This document shows, one piece after another, positions 10,376 to 18,972 of a DNA stretch of 64,000 nucleotides. The translations under genes and the position numbers were made by a program. Origin of the DNA: Alphaproteobacteria bacterium (lineage in GTDB: Bacteria; Pseudomonadota; Alphaproteobacteria; UBA8366); NCBI GenBank assembly GCA_965228425.1, contig OZ245815.1, positions 2,957,234-3,021,233 on the forward strand. Reading direction: 5' to 3'. The notes beneath the pieces are model-generated. The model was not told the DNA's origin. It was given only the letters and a program-made list of their open reading frames with translations, and did no database searches. The number at the start of each line of letters is the position of its first letter. Position 1 is the first letter of the stretch.

Positions 10376-11941
10376 ATGCTAGATTTCCCAACCTGGAAGC
10401 GAATCCTTGTCCTGGCCGTTTGCCTGCTGGGCGTTCTCTATGCCGTACCGAACTTCCTGCCGAGCGGATCGCTCGAAGGCGGGCCGGATTGGGCACCGGG
10501 CAAGCGCATCAATCTGGGCCTCGACCTTCAAGGCGGCGCGCATCTGTTGATGCAGGTCGATACCGACGGCTACGTCAACGACATACTCGACAAGAGTTAT
10601 AAGGCGACGATCCGGACGGCCATGCGCAGCGAACGGGTTCGCGGTACCGTCACGCTCGAAGGTCGCGATTTGATCTTTCAAATACAGGACGAGGACAAGG
10701 CCGATGCGGTGCGATCGCGGATTCGGCTCGAGAATCCCGATCTGCTGATTTCGTCGGAGGGCGATGGCAAATTCCGCGCTAGCTTGACCGACCAGGCGCT
10801 GCGCGACCGCATCACGACGGTGATTGGGCAGTCGATCGAGGTGATCCGCCGCCGGATCGACGAATTGGGAACCCGTGAGCCGATTATCCAGCGTCAGGGC
10901 GAGGATCGGATTCTGATCCAGGTTCCGGGCGCCCGCGACACGGAACGCCTGAAGGCCACGATCGGCAAGACAGCCAAGATGACCTTCCACATGATCAATA
11001 TGGCCTGCGATCCGAATGGGGCGAGGGTGCCGCCGGGATCGCAATTGCTGCCGTCGGACGAGCTGGGCCCCGACGGTCAGCCGTTCCAATACTGCATTCA
11101 CCGCCGTGTGCGGCTCAGCGGTCAGAATCTCGTGGATGCGCAGCCGAGTTTCCAAGACAGCCAGCCGGTCGTCAGCTTCCGTTTCGACACGCGCGGCGCG
11201 CGGATATTCGGGGATATCACCTCGAAGAATGTCGGCCGCCTGTTCGCCGTCGTGCTCGACGGCAAGGTTATTTCGGCGCCTCGGATCAATGAGCCGATTC
11301 TCGGCGGTTCCGGCATCATCCAGGGCAACTTCACCACGCAAAGCTCGCGGGATCTCGCGGTCTTGCTGCGCGCCGGTGCGTTGCCGGCCGACTTGACCTA
11401 TCTGGAAGAACGGTCCGTCGGACCCGGCCTTGGCCAGGATTCGATCGACGCCGGCAAGATCGCCAGCATCATCGGCATGGTGCTGGTGGTGGTCTTCATG
11501 ATCGTGACCTACGGCCTGTTCGGGGTCATGGCGAATATGGCGTTGGCATTCAACGTCGTGTTGATTTTCGGATTACTGTCCTTCCTTCAGGCCACGCTGA
11601 CGCTGCCCGGTATCGCCGGGATCGTCCTGACCATGGGCATGGCGGTGGATGCGAACGTGCTGATCTTCGAACGAATACGCGAGGAGACCAACGCCGGGCG
11701 GTCACCGCTGAATGCGGTGGACGCGGGGTACCGGCGCGCGTTGACGACGATTATCGACTCAAACCTGACGACGTTGATCGCCGCGATCCTTCTGTTCGCA
11801 TTTGGATCAGGACCCATAAAGGGTTTCGCGGTCACATTGTCGATTGGAATCATGACCTCGATGTTCACCGCCATCATGGTGACACGCTTCCAGGTTGTTC
11901 TGTGGCTGCGCAGCCGGCGCCCGCAATTGTTGCCGATTTGA
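10376..11941 (+). CDS. secD: protein translocase subunit SecD
   Basis: 521 aa. INLGLDLQGGAHLLMQVD, a periplasmic domain, and a C-terminal 6-TM region with AVDANVLIFERIREE. Confidence 0.95.
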   Translation: MLDFPTWKRILVLAVCLLGVLYAVPNFLPSGSLEGGPDWAPGKRINLGLDLQGGAHLLMQVDTDGYVNDILDKSYKATIRTAMRSERVRGTVTLEGRDLIFQIQDEDKADAVRSRIRLENPDLLISSEGDGKFRASLTDQALRDRITTVIGQSIEVIRRRIDELGTREPIIQRQGEDRILIQVPGARDTERLKATIGKTAKMTFHMINMACDPNGARVPPGSQLLPSDELGPDGQPFQYCIHRRVRLSGQNLVDAQPSFQDSQPVVSFRFDTRGARIFGDITSKNVGRLFAVVLDGKVISAPRINEPILGGSGIIQGNFTTQSSRDLAVLLRAGALPADLTYLEERSVGPGLGQDSIDAGKIASIIGMVLVVVFMIVTYGLFGVMANMALAFNVVLIFGLLSFLQATLTLPGIAGIVLTMGMAVDANVLIFERIREETNAGRSPLNAVDAGYRRALTTIIDSNLTTLIAAILLFAFGSGPIKGFAVTLSIGIMTSMFTAIMVTRFQVVLWLRSRRPQLLPI

Positions 11942-11963
11942 TCCGGGCCGGAGGACGTTTGGT

Positions 11964-12893
11964 ATGAAGACACTCAGATTGGTTCCCGCCGGGACGAAGA
12001 TCGATTTTATCGGCAAACGCTTCATAGCGATGGGCTTGTCGATTTTCCTGATCGTCGGGTCGATCGGTCTCTACACGACCAAGGGATTGAATCTGGGTAT
12101 CGACTTCCTGGGCGGCATCATGCTGGAAATCGAAACCAAGGGCCCGGCCGATCTCGGAGATTTGCGGGGCAAGGTCGGCAGTCTCGGCCTCGGCGATATC
12201 AGCCTGCAGGAATTCGGTTCGCCGGAAGTGGTGTTGCTCCGCGTCCAACGGCAAGAGGGCGGCGACAACGCGCAGCAGGAAGCCGTCGCCAAGATCAAGG
12301 GCGCCATCGGTAATCAGGTGGTGGAATACCGCCGGACCGAGCTGGTCGGGCCCACGGTCGGCGCGGAATTACAGGAATCGGCGATCTGGGCCGTGATCGC
12401 CGCCATCGGCGCGATCCTTTTGTATATCTGGTTCCGGTTCGAGTGGCAGTTCGGGATCGGCGCGGTGATCGCGTTGACGCATGACGTGATCACGACAATC
12501 GGGTTGTTTTCGCTGATCGCCCTCGAATTCAATCTGGCGACGGTTGCGGCGGTGCTGACGATCGCCGGCTATTCGATTAACGACACCGTCGTCGTCTATG
12601 ATCGGGTGCGGGAGAATTTGCGGAAATACAAAAAGATGCCGCTGCCCGATGTGTTCAACCAATCGATCAACGAGACCTTGTCCCGGACGGTCATGACGAG
12701 TGTGACCACCTTGCTGGCGTTGGGAGCGTTGTACACCTTCGGCGGAGAGGTCATTCGCGGCTTCACGATCGCCTTGATCTGGGGCGTTATCATCGGAACC
12801 TATTCGTCGGTGGCGCTTGCGGTGCCGTTGCTGCTGTATCTGAACGTGCATCGCGGCGACGAGCCGAGCAGCGCCCAAGAGGCGACGCCCTAG
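11964..12893 (+). CDS. secF: protein translocase subunit SecF
   Basis: MKTLRLVPAGTKIDFIGKR..., LGIDFLGG, GYSINDTVVVYDRVREN. The ATG at 11964 lies inside the longer ORF 11895..12893. Confidence 0.9.
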   Translation: MKTLRLVPAGTKIDFIGKRFIAMGLSIFLIVGSIGLYTTKGLNLGIDFLGGIMLEIETKGPADLGDLRGKVGSLGLGDISLQEFGSPEVVLLRVQRQEGGDNAQQEAVAKIKGAIGNQVVEYRRTELVGPTVGAELQESAIWAVIAAIGAILLYIWFRFEWQFGIGAVIALTHDVITTIGLFSLIALEFNLATVAAVLTIAGYSINDTVVVYDRVRENLRKYKKMPLPDVFNQSINETLSRTVMTSVTTLLALGALYTFGGEVIRGFTIALIWGVIIGTYSSVALAVPLLLYLNVHRGDEPSSAQEATP

Positions 12894-12911
12894 CGGGCGA
12901 ACCGCCGGTCC

Positions 12912-13292
12912 ATGGAATTCTCGACCACGGTTCCCGAAAACCGCCAAGTCATCGAAAGTTACGGTGCCGGGCGGTTTCGCGTGTCGGGCGTGGAGCACAG
13001 CGGCTCGGTTTTGGTGTTTCAAGACCGGACGATTCCCTGGAACGTCTCCCGCATGGACGATCTGGCGGTCGACAGTTTCGCTTCGATCATTGCGGCGGAA
13101 CCAACTGTCGAAATCCTGGTTTTGGGCTGTGGCGAAACGCTGCAATTCTTGACGCCGAATCTGCGGTCCGTTCTCCGGGAGCACGCGATCGGTTGCGACG
13201 TCATGGACACGGGCGCGGCCTGCCGGACCTACAACATTCTGATTGCCGAAGAACGCCGGGTGGCGGCGGCCTTGATTGTATTGCCGGACTGA
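12912..13292 (+). CDS. Mth938-like domain protein (DUF498; bacterial homologue of NDUFAF3)
   Basis: IESYGAGRFRVSGVEHSGSVLV..., EILVLGCGE, DVMDTGAACRTYNILIAEERRVAAALI. By eye it aligns along its length with the human NDUFAF3 C-terminal domain. Confidence 0.8.
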   Translation: MEFSTTVPENRQVIESYGAGRFRVSGVEHSGSVLVFQDRTIPWNVSRMDDLAVDSFASIIAAEPTVEILVLGCGETLQFLTPNLRSVLREHAIGCDVMDTGAACRTYNILIAEERRVAAALIVLPD

Positions 13293-13311
13293 TCCGCCAA
13301 AGCCGCTGAAC

Positions 13312-13340
13312 GAAAAACGGGGCCCGAAGGCCCCGTTTCC
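13312..13340. terminator. bidirectional intrinsic terminator between the Mth938-like gene and the convergent membrane-protein gene
   Basis: The hairpin CGGGGCC-cgaa-GGCCCCG (13318-13335) is flanked by an A-run on one side and TTT on the other. Confidence 0.5.
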
Positions 13341-13364
13341 CATCAAATCCGACTGGAAAGCCGA

Positions 13365-13967
13365 TTAAGAGGTTCCGAACAGGTTCTGCGCGGACACCAT
13401 GGCGAACAGCATGGGGACCGACAGCAACGTGTTGGTGCGCGAGAAGAGCATCGCGGTGCGGGCCGACGCGGCTTTTGTCGCGTCATCCGCCTCGACGATG
13501 CCGAGCGCTTTCTGTTGGGCCGGCCAGATGATGAACCAAACGTTGAACCACATGATGATTCCCATCCACATGCCGATACCGATCATGGTATGGCCCAGCG
13601 CGCCGCTCGTGGCGCCCACGGCAAGGGCGTCGACCAAGTAGCCGTTCAACATCGCCAGAATCAGCCCGGTGATGAGCGTGCCCATGGCGCCCCAGCGGAA
13701 CCACCAAAGCGCGGCCGGCGCGATGACCTTGCCGATCGCAGGCTTTTGCTCGTCCGGAATGTTGGGCATGTTCGGGATTTGAACGAAATTGAAGTACCAG
13801 AGTATGCCGATCCACATCACGCCGCTCAAAACATGGAGCCAGCGGAACAGGAATTTCCAGAATGCTATGTTGTCGAACTGCTGCGTCGCATATATGCCGA
13901 ACAGTATTGCCGCGAGAATGAATCCCGCGGTCACGGTCCTGGACAATGATGTAAGAATTGCAGCCAT
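13365..13967 (-). CDS. integral membrane protein of unknown function; I recall it as resembling the membrane domain of PuuD-type urate hydroxylases, and no cytochrome c domain is present
   Basis: About 5 TM segments. WLHVLSGVMWIGILWYFNFVQIPN motif. I chose ATG 13967 because GGGGGAGA lies 9 nt upstream. The ORF is open to 14012. Confidence 0.65.
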   Translation of the reverse strand: MAAILTSLSRTVTAGFILAAILFGIYATQQFDNIAFWKFLFRWLHVLSGVMWIGILWYFNFVQIPNMPNIPDEQKPAIGKVIAPAALWWFRWGAMGTLITGLILAMLNGYLVDALAVGATSGALGHTMIGIGMWMGIIMWFNVWFIIWPAQQKALGIVEADDATKAASARTAMLFSRTNTLLSVPMLFAMVSAQNLFGTS

Positions 13968-14062
13968 GTCTTTCTTTCTCCCCCAAGGTGCGATTGCGAC
14001 TAAATATAGCACAGGCTCGACATTCGGCTAGTCGGGTCAGGGAAAAGGGAAATTTCAGCGCA

Positions 14063-14923
14063 ATGCCAACGGAAGCCGGTGCCATGCGGGACCTTTCATA
14101 CTGCGGGAAAGAGGTGCGGCGGCATGATCCCGACCGCTTCGCGACCGCGATGTTGGCACCGCCGGCCCGTCGCGAAGGCCTTTTCAGCCTCTACGCGTTC
14201 AATCTCGAAATCGCCAAAACGCGGGAAGCGGTCAGCGAACCGATGCTGGGCGAGATCCGGCTGCAATGGTGGCGCGAGGCGATCGAAGGCATTTATGAGG
14301 GTACGCCGCGCCGGCACGAGGTGGTGCAGCCGCTGGCCAAGTTGGTTGCGGAGCGGGGGCTGACGCGGCAATGGTTCGATGATCTCATCGACGCCCGGGC
14401 GGCAGACCTCGCCGACGATGCGCCCGAGTCGGTGGAAACCCTCGCCGACTATGCGGAAGGAACTTCTTCAAACTTGATTTGGCTTGCCCTTGAAACGATT
14501 GGGGCGCAGTCCGAATCGGCGATTGAAGCGGCGCGTCACGTTGGGGTTGCCTGGGCATTGACGGGGCTAATACGCGCAATGCCGTTTCATCTCACGCGAC
14601 GGCGGGTCTATATGCCGGAAGAATTGTTTGCCCGCCACGGGATCGAACGGCGAAACCTTATGGAGTTGCGCCCGGAACCCGCAATCGCCGCGGCGGTGCA
14701 GGACATCGCCGTAGTCGCGCAGCAGCATTTGGAGAAGGCACGGGTGCTTCGGGGCGACATCCCGAAAAAGGCGCTTCCGGCGCTGTTGCCGGCGCCGATT
14801 GCCGACATGCATCTGCGACGGCTCGCCAGAGTCGGGTACGATCCGTTCGACACCCGCCTCACAATGCCGGTCCGGTTTCTTGGCATTCGATTGGCTTGGA
14901 AAATGATGGCCGGACGATACTAA
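14063..14923 (+). CDS. squalene/phytoene-synthase-family protein, NDUFAF6 (C8orf38)-like
   Basis: YCGKEVRRHDPDRF..., LYAFNLEIAKTRE..SEPMLGEIRLQWWREAIEGIY, LADYAEGTSSNLIWLALE, RAMPFHLTRRRVYMPEE. It is colinear with human NDUFAF6 by eye. Confidence 0.8.
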   Translation: MPTEAGAMRDLSYCGKEVRRHDPDRFATAMLAPPARREGLFSLYAFNLEIAKTREAVSEPMLGEIRLQWWREAIEGIYEGTPRRHEVVQPLAKLVAERGLTRQWFDDLIDARAADLADDAPESVETLADYAEGTSSNLIWLALETIGAQSESAIEAARHVGVAWALTGLIRAMPFHLTRRRVYMPEELFARHGIERRNLMELRPEPAIAAAVQDIAVVAQQHLEKARVLRGDIPKKALPALLPAPIADMHLRRLARVGYDPFDTRLTMPVRFLGIRLAWKMMAGRY

Positions 14924-14930
14924 GGCGCGG

Positions 14931-16289
14931 TTACTCGGCGGCGGCCTGGGCGCCGTTCAGCCAGCGATCGAGATCGGTCAGGGCGCGCTGCGAATAGGCG
15001 CGCTTCCGGTCGCGGCCGCGCAGCCGACGCTTGCCGGTCCCCGCATCCGGCAGGGGCGGGAACAATCCGAAATTAACGTTCATCGGTTGGAAGCTGTCCG
15101 CCACGGCGCCGCCGGTGATGTGGGTGAGAAGCGACCCGAGGGCCGTGGTCTCCGGCGGCAGCGACGGGGCAACGCCCTGTTCGTCCGCCGCGGCGAAACG
15201 GCCGGCGAGCAATCCGATCGCCGCCGACTCGACATATCCCTCGACCCCGGTCACCTGACCCGCGAACCTCAGATGCGGCGCCTTGTTCAGTCGCAGGGTC
15301 GTACCCAACAGACGCGGGCTGTTCAGGAAGGTATTCCGATGAATGCCGCCCAGCCGGGCGAAGCGCGCGTTTTCGAGTCCCGGTATCGCGGAAAATATCC
15401 GTTTCTGCTCCGCGTAATTCATCTTCGTCTGGAAGCCGACCATGTTGTAGAGCGTCCCCAGCGCGTTGTCCTGGCGAAGCTGGACCACCGCATAGGGCTT
15501 CTCCGGCGCATGCGGATTGGTCAGGCCGACGGGCTTCATCGGGCCGAAACGCAGGGTTTCGGGGCCGCGTTCCGCCATCACCTCGATCGGCAAACAGCCT
15601 TCGAAATAGGGCGTGATCGCTTCCCACTCCCGGAACTGGATTTTCTCGGAACCGATCAGGCCGTCGATGAAAGCTCTGTATTGCGCTTCGTTGAGTGGGC
15701 AGTTGACGTAATCGTCGCCGTCGCCCTTGTCGTAGCGGGATTGCATCCAGGCCTTCGACATGTCGATGGAGTCGCGGTAGACGATCGGCGCGATCGCGTC
15801 GAAGAAGGCCAGTTCCTCCTCGCCGGTCAGGGCCGAAACCGCCTCGCTGAGGGCGGCGGATGTCAATGGTCCGGTCGCGATAATGACCGATCCCCAGTCC
15901 GCCGGGGGTAACGTGTCGACTTCGCGCCGTTCGATGCTGACCAGCGGGTCGTTATCCAGGGCTTCGGTGACGGTGTCGCTGAACCTTTCCCGGTCCACGG
16001 CGAGCGCACCGCCGGCGGGCAACCGGGTTTTGTCCGCCATCGACAGGATGAGCGATCCGCACCGCCGCATTTCCTCATGCAGCAGGCCGACCGCATTGAA
16101 CTCGGCGTCGTCGGAGCGAAAGGAGTTGGAACAGACGAGTTCCGCCAGGCCGTCGGTCTGGTGCGCGTCTGTCGCGACCTGCGGCCGCATCTCATACAGA
16201 ATGGCGGGAATGCCCCGGCGCGCGAGTTGCCAGGCAGCCTCGCATCCGGCGAGACCGCCGCCGACGATATGAACGGGTCGTTGCGCCAC
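14931..16289 (-). CDS. trmFO: methylenetetrahydrofolate--tRNA-(uracil-5-)-methyltransferase TrmFO
   Basis: 452 aa. [49 protein letters not shown]. Confidence 0.95.
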   Translation of the reverse strand: MAQRPVHIVGGGLAGCEAAWQLARRGIPAILYEMRPQVATDAHQTDGLAELVCSNSFRSDDAEFNAVGLLHEEMRRCGSLILSMADKTRLPAGGALAVDRERFSDTVTEALDNDPLVSIERREVDTLPPADWGSVIIATGPLTSAALSEAVSALTGEEELAFFDAIAPIVYRDSIDMSKAWMQSRYDKGDGDDYVNCPLNEAQYRAFIDGLIGSEKIQFREWEAITPYFEGCLPIEVMAERGPETLRFGPMKPVGLTNPHAPEKPYAVVQLRQDNALGTLYNMVGFQTKMNYAEQKRIFSAIPGLENARFARLGGIHRNTFLNSPRLLGTTLRLNKAPHLRFAGQVTGVEGYVESAAIGLLAGRFAAADEQGVAPSLPPETTALGSLLTHITGGAVADSFQPMNVNFGLFPPLPDAGTGKRRLRGRDRKRAYSQRALTDLDRWLNGAQAAAE

Positions 16290-16370
16290 CGTAGGTGTCC
16301 CTTTTGTCCTGAACCGTGAGAATTCAGGCCCTATGTCGCGCAGCGATAGCGCGATTGCAAGGACTCTGTC

Positions 16371-16682
16371 CTACGGCCTGTCGCCCGGCCAATCGGCAAA
16401 GGGGAAGGGCATCTCTTCCGTGTTGAAGGTGAGGAACCGGACGACCTGGTAAATGAAACGGCCCAATTTTTCGCCGAAATCCGTCAGCCGCTCGTTGCGG
16501 TCGCCGGTGAACAGGGTCGAGAGAAACTGCAATATGGCGACGGCGAACAAGACGATTTTGGAGATATAGAGGATCACCACAAAGAGCGCCATGAAGACCA
16601 AACGCAGCCACGTGCTGCGGGATTTCAGGTGTTCCTTGACGTCGTTGCCGGCCCCGGGGCCGTGATTAATTTGCTCACTCAT
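16371..16682 (-). CDS. small membrane protein, DUF4389-like
   Basis: 103 aa with two TM helices (WLRLVFMALFVVILYISKIVLFAVAILQFL) and a C-terminal FPFADWP. Confidence 0.65.
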   Translation of the reverse strand: MSEQINHGPGAGNDVKEHLKSRSTWLRLVFMALFVVILYISKIVLFAVAILQFLSTLFTGDRNERLTDFGEKLGRFIYQVVRFLTFNTEEMPFPFADWPGDRP

Positions 16683-16713
16683 CGAATTCCGTCCTTCGAC
16701 TGACTGTCGATCA

Positions 16714-16743
16714 TTAAAACGCCCCCTTTAGATGGGGAGGGCG
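16714..16743 (-). terminator. putative intrinsic terminator after the adenylate cyclase gene
   Basis: The minus strand reads CGCCCUCCCC-aucuaaa-GGGGGCG followed by UUUUA. Confidence 0.4.
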
Positions 16744-16784
16744 GCCGAAGGCTGCAAGCCGTGCGCGGCGCGAACCCGCCGGAC

Positions 16785-17984
16785 CTATCGATGACCGATC
16801 ACCGTGTCCACGGTTGGCTTGAGCGAATATGCGCGTTGATCGGCGGTGATGCCCTTGAGGGCATGATTGCCCAGATCGACGAATTCGCGCTGACTGTGCC
16901 GCACGAATGCGTCCGACAGGATGAGCGTCTGACTCAGCCGGGAGGATAGGTCTTGTAACCGGCTGACCAGGTTGACGTCGCGGCCGATCACTGTGAAATC
17001 GAGCCGGTGCTCTGACCCGACGTTCCCGAAGACCACATCGCCGACATGGAGCGCGACCCCGAAATCGACCGGCGGGTCACCGGCGGCCTGCCGCGAGGCG
17101 CTGAGCGACAGCACATTTTCGACCGCGTTTTCGGCGGCGGCCAGTGCGACCTCGCAGACGACATCGGCCGCCACCGCCCGCGACGGCAGTGGGAAAACAG
17201 CGAGCACGGCATCGCCGATAAATTTAAGGACCTCGCCGCCGCCTTCCTCGACCGGCCCGACGATGCACTCGAAATAGGCGTTCAATAGGGCGATCAAATC
17301 ATCGCTGCGCAAATGTTCCGACAATTGGGTGAACTGGCGAAGATCGGCATACCACAGCACAGCATTGATGCACTTCCCGGTGCCGCGCGCGATTTCGCCA
17401 GACAGGACCTGCCGCCCGGCCGAAGGTCCGACATATGTGTCGAGCATGGTGTGGACCATCTGGTCCAGCACAAGTATTTCGAATTGCAGGGAGGCGGCGG
17501 TTAGAACCGATTCCATGAGTGCAAGATTTTCGTCGGTGAAGCCGCCGTCGGCGTCGGTCGCAATGCTGAGGGCCTGCCGATCGCCGGCCCGGAAGGGAAT
17601 CGGAAAAATGGCGTAGTCGGTGAAACCTTCTTCCTGCAAGTCCTGGAGGATGGGAAATTCCAGGTCGGTGTCGTCGGGATCGATGCTGCGGTGGATTATC
17701 GGCGATCCGTCGAAAATCATTCGCACCGGGCTCTTTTCATAGGCGGCGCTCTCGAGCGGTGTATTGGTCCGGTAAAACCGGCGCATTTCGACGCCAGTCC
17801 GGCGCCACTCGAAACTCCGCGCAAGATACTCCGGATGGAGTTCGTGCACACTCAACGAGGCGCGCCGAATCGGCACGCCCTTCTCGACGAGTCGTTCACA
17901 TGTTTCTTTAAAGAGACCGCCGAGCGTTAAATCACGCGCCTCGCCATGCAGCCACCGCAGGATATCGACCGGTACGTCGATCAT
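16785..17984 (-). CDS. class III adenylate/guanylate cyclase with an uncharacterised ~200-aa N-terminal domain
   Basis: The C-terminal half carries cyclase motifs (INAVLWYADLRQFT, KFIGDAVLAVF, FTVIGRDVNLVSRL). ATG 17984 has a GGAAGG SD. The ORF is open to 18002. Confidence 0.8.
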   Translation of the reverse strand: MIDVPVDILRWLHGEARDLTLGGLFKETCERLVEKGVPIRRASLSVHELHPEYLARSFEWRRTGVEMRRFYRTNTPLESAAYEKSPVRMIFDGSPIIHRSIDPDDTDLEFPILQDLQEEGFTDYAIFPIPFRAGDRQALSIATDADGGFTDENLALMESVLTAASLQFEILVLDQMVHTMLDTYVGPSAGRQVLSGEIARGTGKCINAVLWYADLRQFTQLSEHLRSDDLIALLNAYFECIVGPVEEGGGEVLKFIGDAVLAVFPLPSRAVAADVVCEVALAAAENAVENVLSLSASRQAAGDPPVDFGVALHVGDVVFGNVGSEHRLDFTVIGRDVNLVSRLQDLSSRLSQTLILSDAFVRHSQREFVDLGNHALKGITADQRAYSLKPTVDTVIGHR

Positions 17985-18171
17985 GTCCGAACCCCTTCCC
18001 AATCGGCCAATTCGCGCCGTCGAAGCAGATGTAGCGACGATACCTTAAATTGCGAACCCTACTAGGGTAACGTGTCCGTGAGGGATTGGCCTACACGTGC
18101 CGATTGACGGGACGAGAGCATGATGAAAAGCTGAAGTTCTGCGAAACCTGTCGACCACAGGAGACTATCTG

Positions 18172-18966
18172 ATGCGCCGGATCGTTTTTGTTGTGAGTTT
18201 GCTCTTCGCGTTTCCGATCGGATTGGCCGAAGCCGCCCCGCAAATTCTCGGGTTGTTCGCAACCGGGCCGACACCGACGCAATTGCACTGCAAGGACGGT
18301 GTGTGCAGCGCCCGATTTTCGGCATTTTGCTTGCAGCAACAGCGCGACGCGCCGCTGAGCGGGCAAGCCTATGTGCCGGCCAAAGGGACCGAGCTGCACT
18401 TGGTGGTGACCGACAAGGACGGATACCAGCGCATGGTGCCCGGCGAGGGATTAACGATCCGCAGCGCAAGTCATTACACCTCGGTGATGATCAGTATCGA
18501 TGAACAGGCGATCCGAGCGCTCGGCGGCGAGACCGTGGCGCTGGTGGTGCCGTCCCGGGCGACGCTCCTGCCGGAATCGCTGGCGACGGACTCCAATCCG
18601 CAGACCGCGGCTGAAATCCAACAAGCCGTGGGCCAGCACCGACAAATCGGCGAAACCATGGTGGAGCAGGGCGGAAAACTCTCTGAAGCGGCGCAGGCCG
18701 CCATGGCGATGATCAATCGCTTGCGTGGCAATGCGGACCCGCTGCCGAAGGCGGCGCAGTCAACGGTCGCAAAACGTGTTTTGGAGCAAACGACGGTGTC
18801 GCGGCCGGCCCAGGACATGATGGCCAACCGGATACAGCTTTGCGAGAACCTGAATCAGAGCGCCTGGTACAAGGGTGGCCTTTCCACCTGCCTGCAAAGC
18901 TATCACGACAGCTTCGTCAGCACGCTGAACACGGAATTCTGGGAGGCGCTCGGGACCGGGAGTTAG
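18172..18966 (+). CDS. hypothetical exported protein (signal peptide, paired cysteines)
   Basis: MRRIVFVVSLLFAFPIGLAEA|AP signal. No motif I recognise. It fills the gap between the cyclase and uvrA. Confidence 0.6.
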   Translation: MRRIVFVVSLLFAFPIGLAEAAPQILGLFATGPTPTQLHCKDGVCSARFSAFCLQQQRDAPLSGQAYVPAKGTELHLVVTDKDGYQRMVPGEGLTIRSASHYTSVMISIDEQAIRALGGETVALVVPSRATLLPESLATDSNPQTAAEIQQAVGQHRQIGETMVEQGGKLSEAAQAAMAMINRLRGNADPLPKAAQSTVAKRVLEQTTVSRPAQDMMANRIQLCENLNQSAWYKGGLSTCLQSYHDSFVSTLNTEFWEALGTGS

Positions 18967-18972
18967 CGCCGC

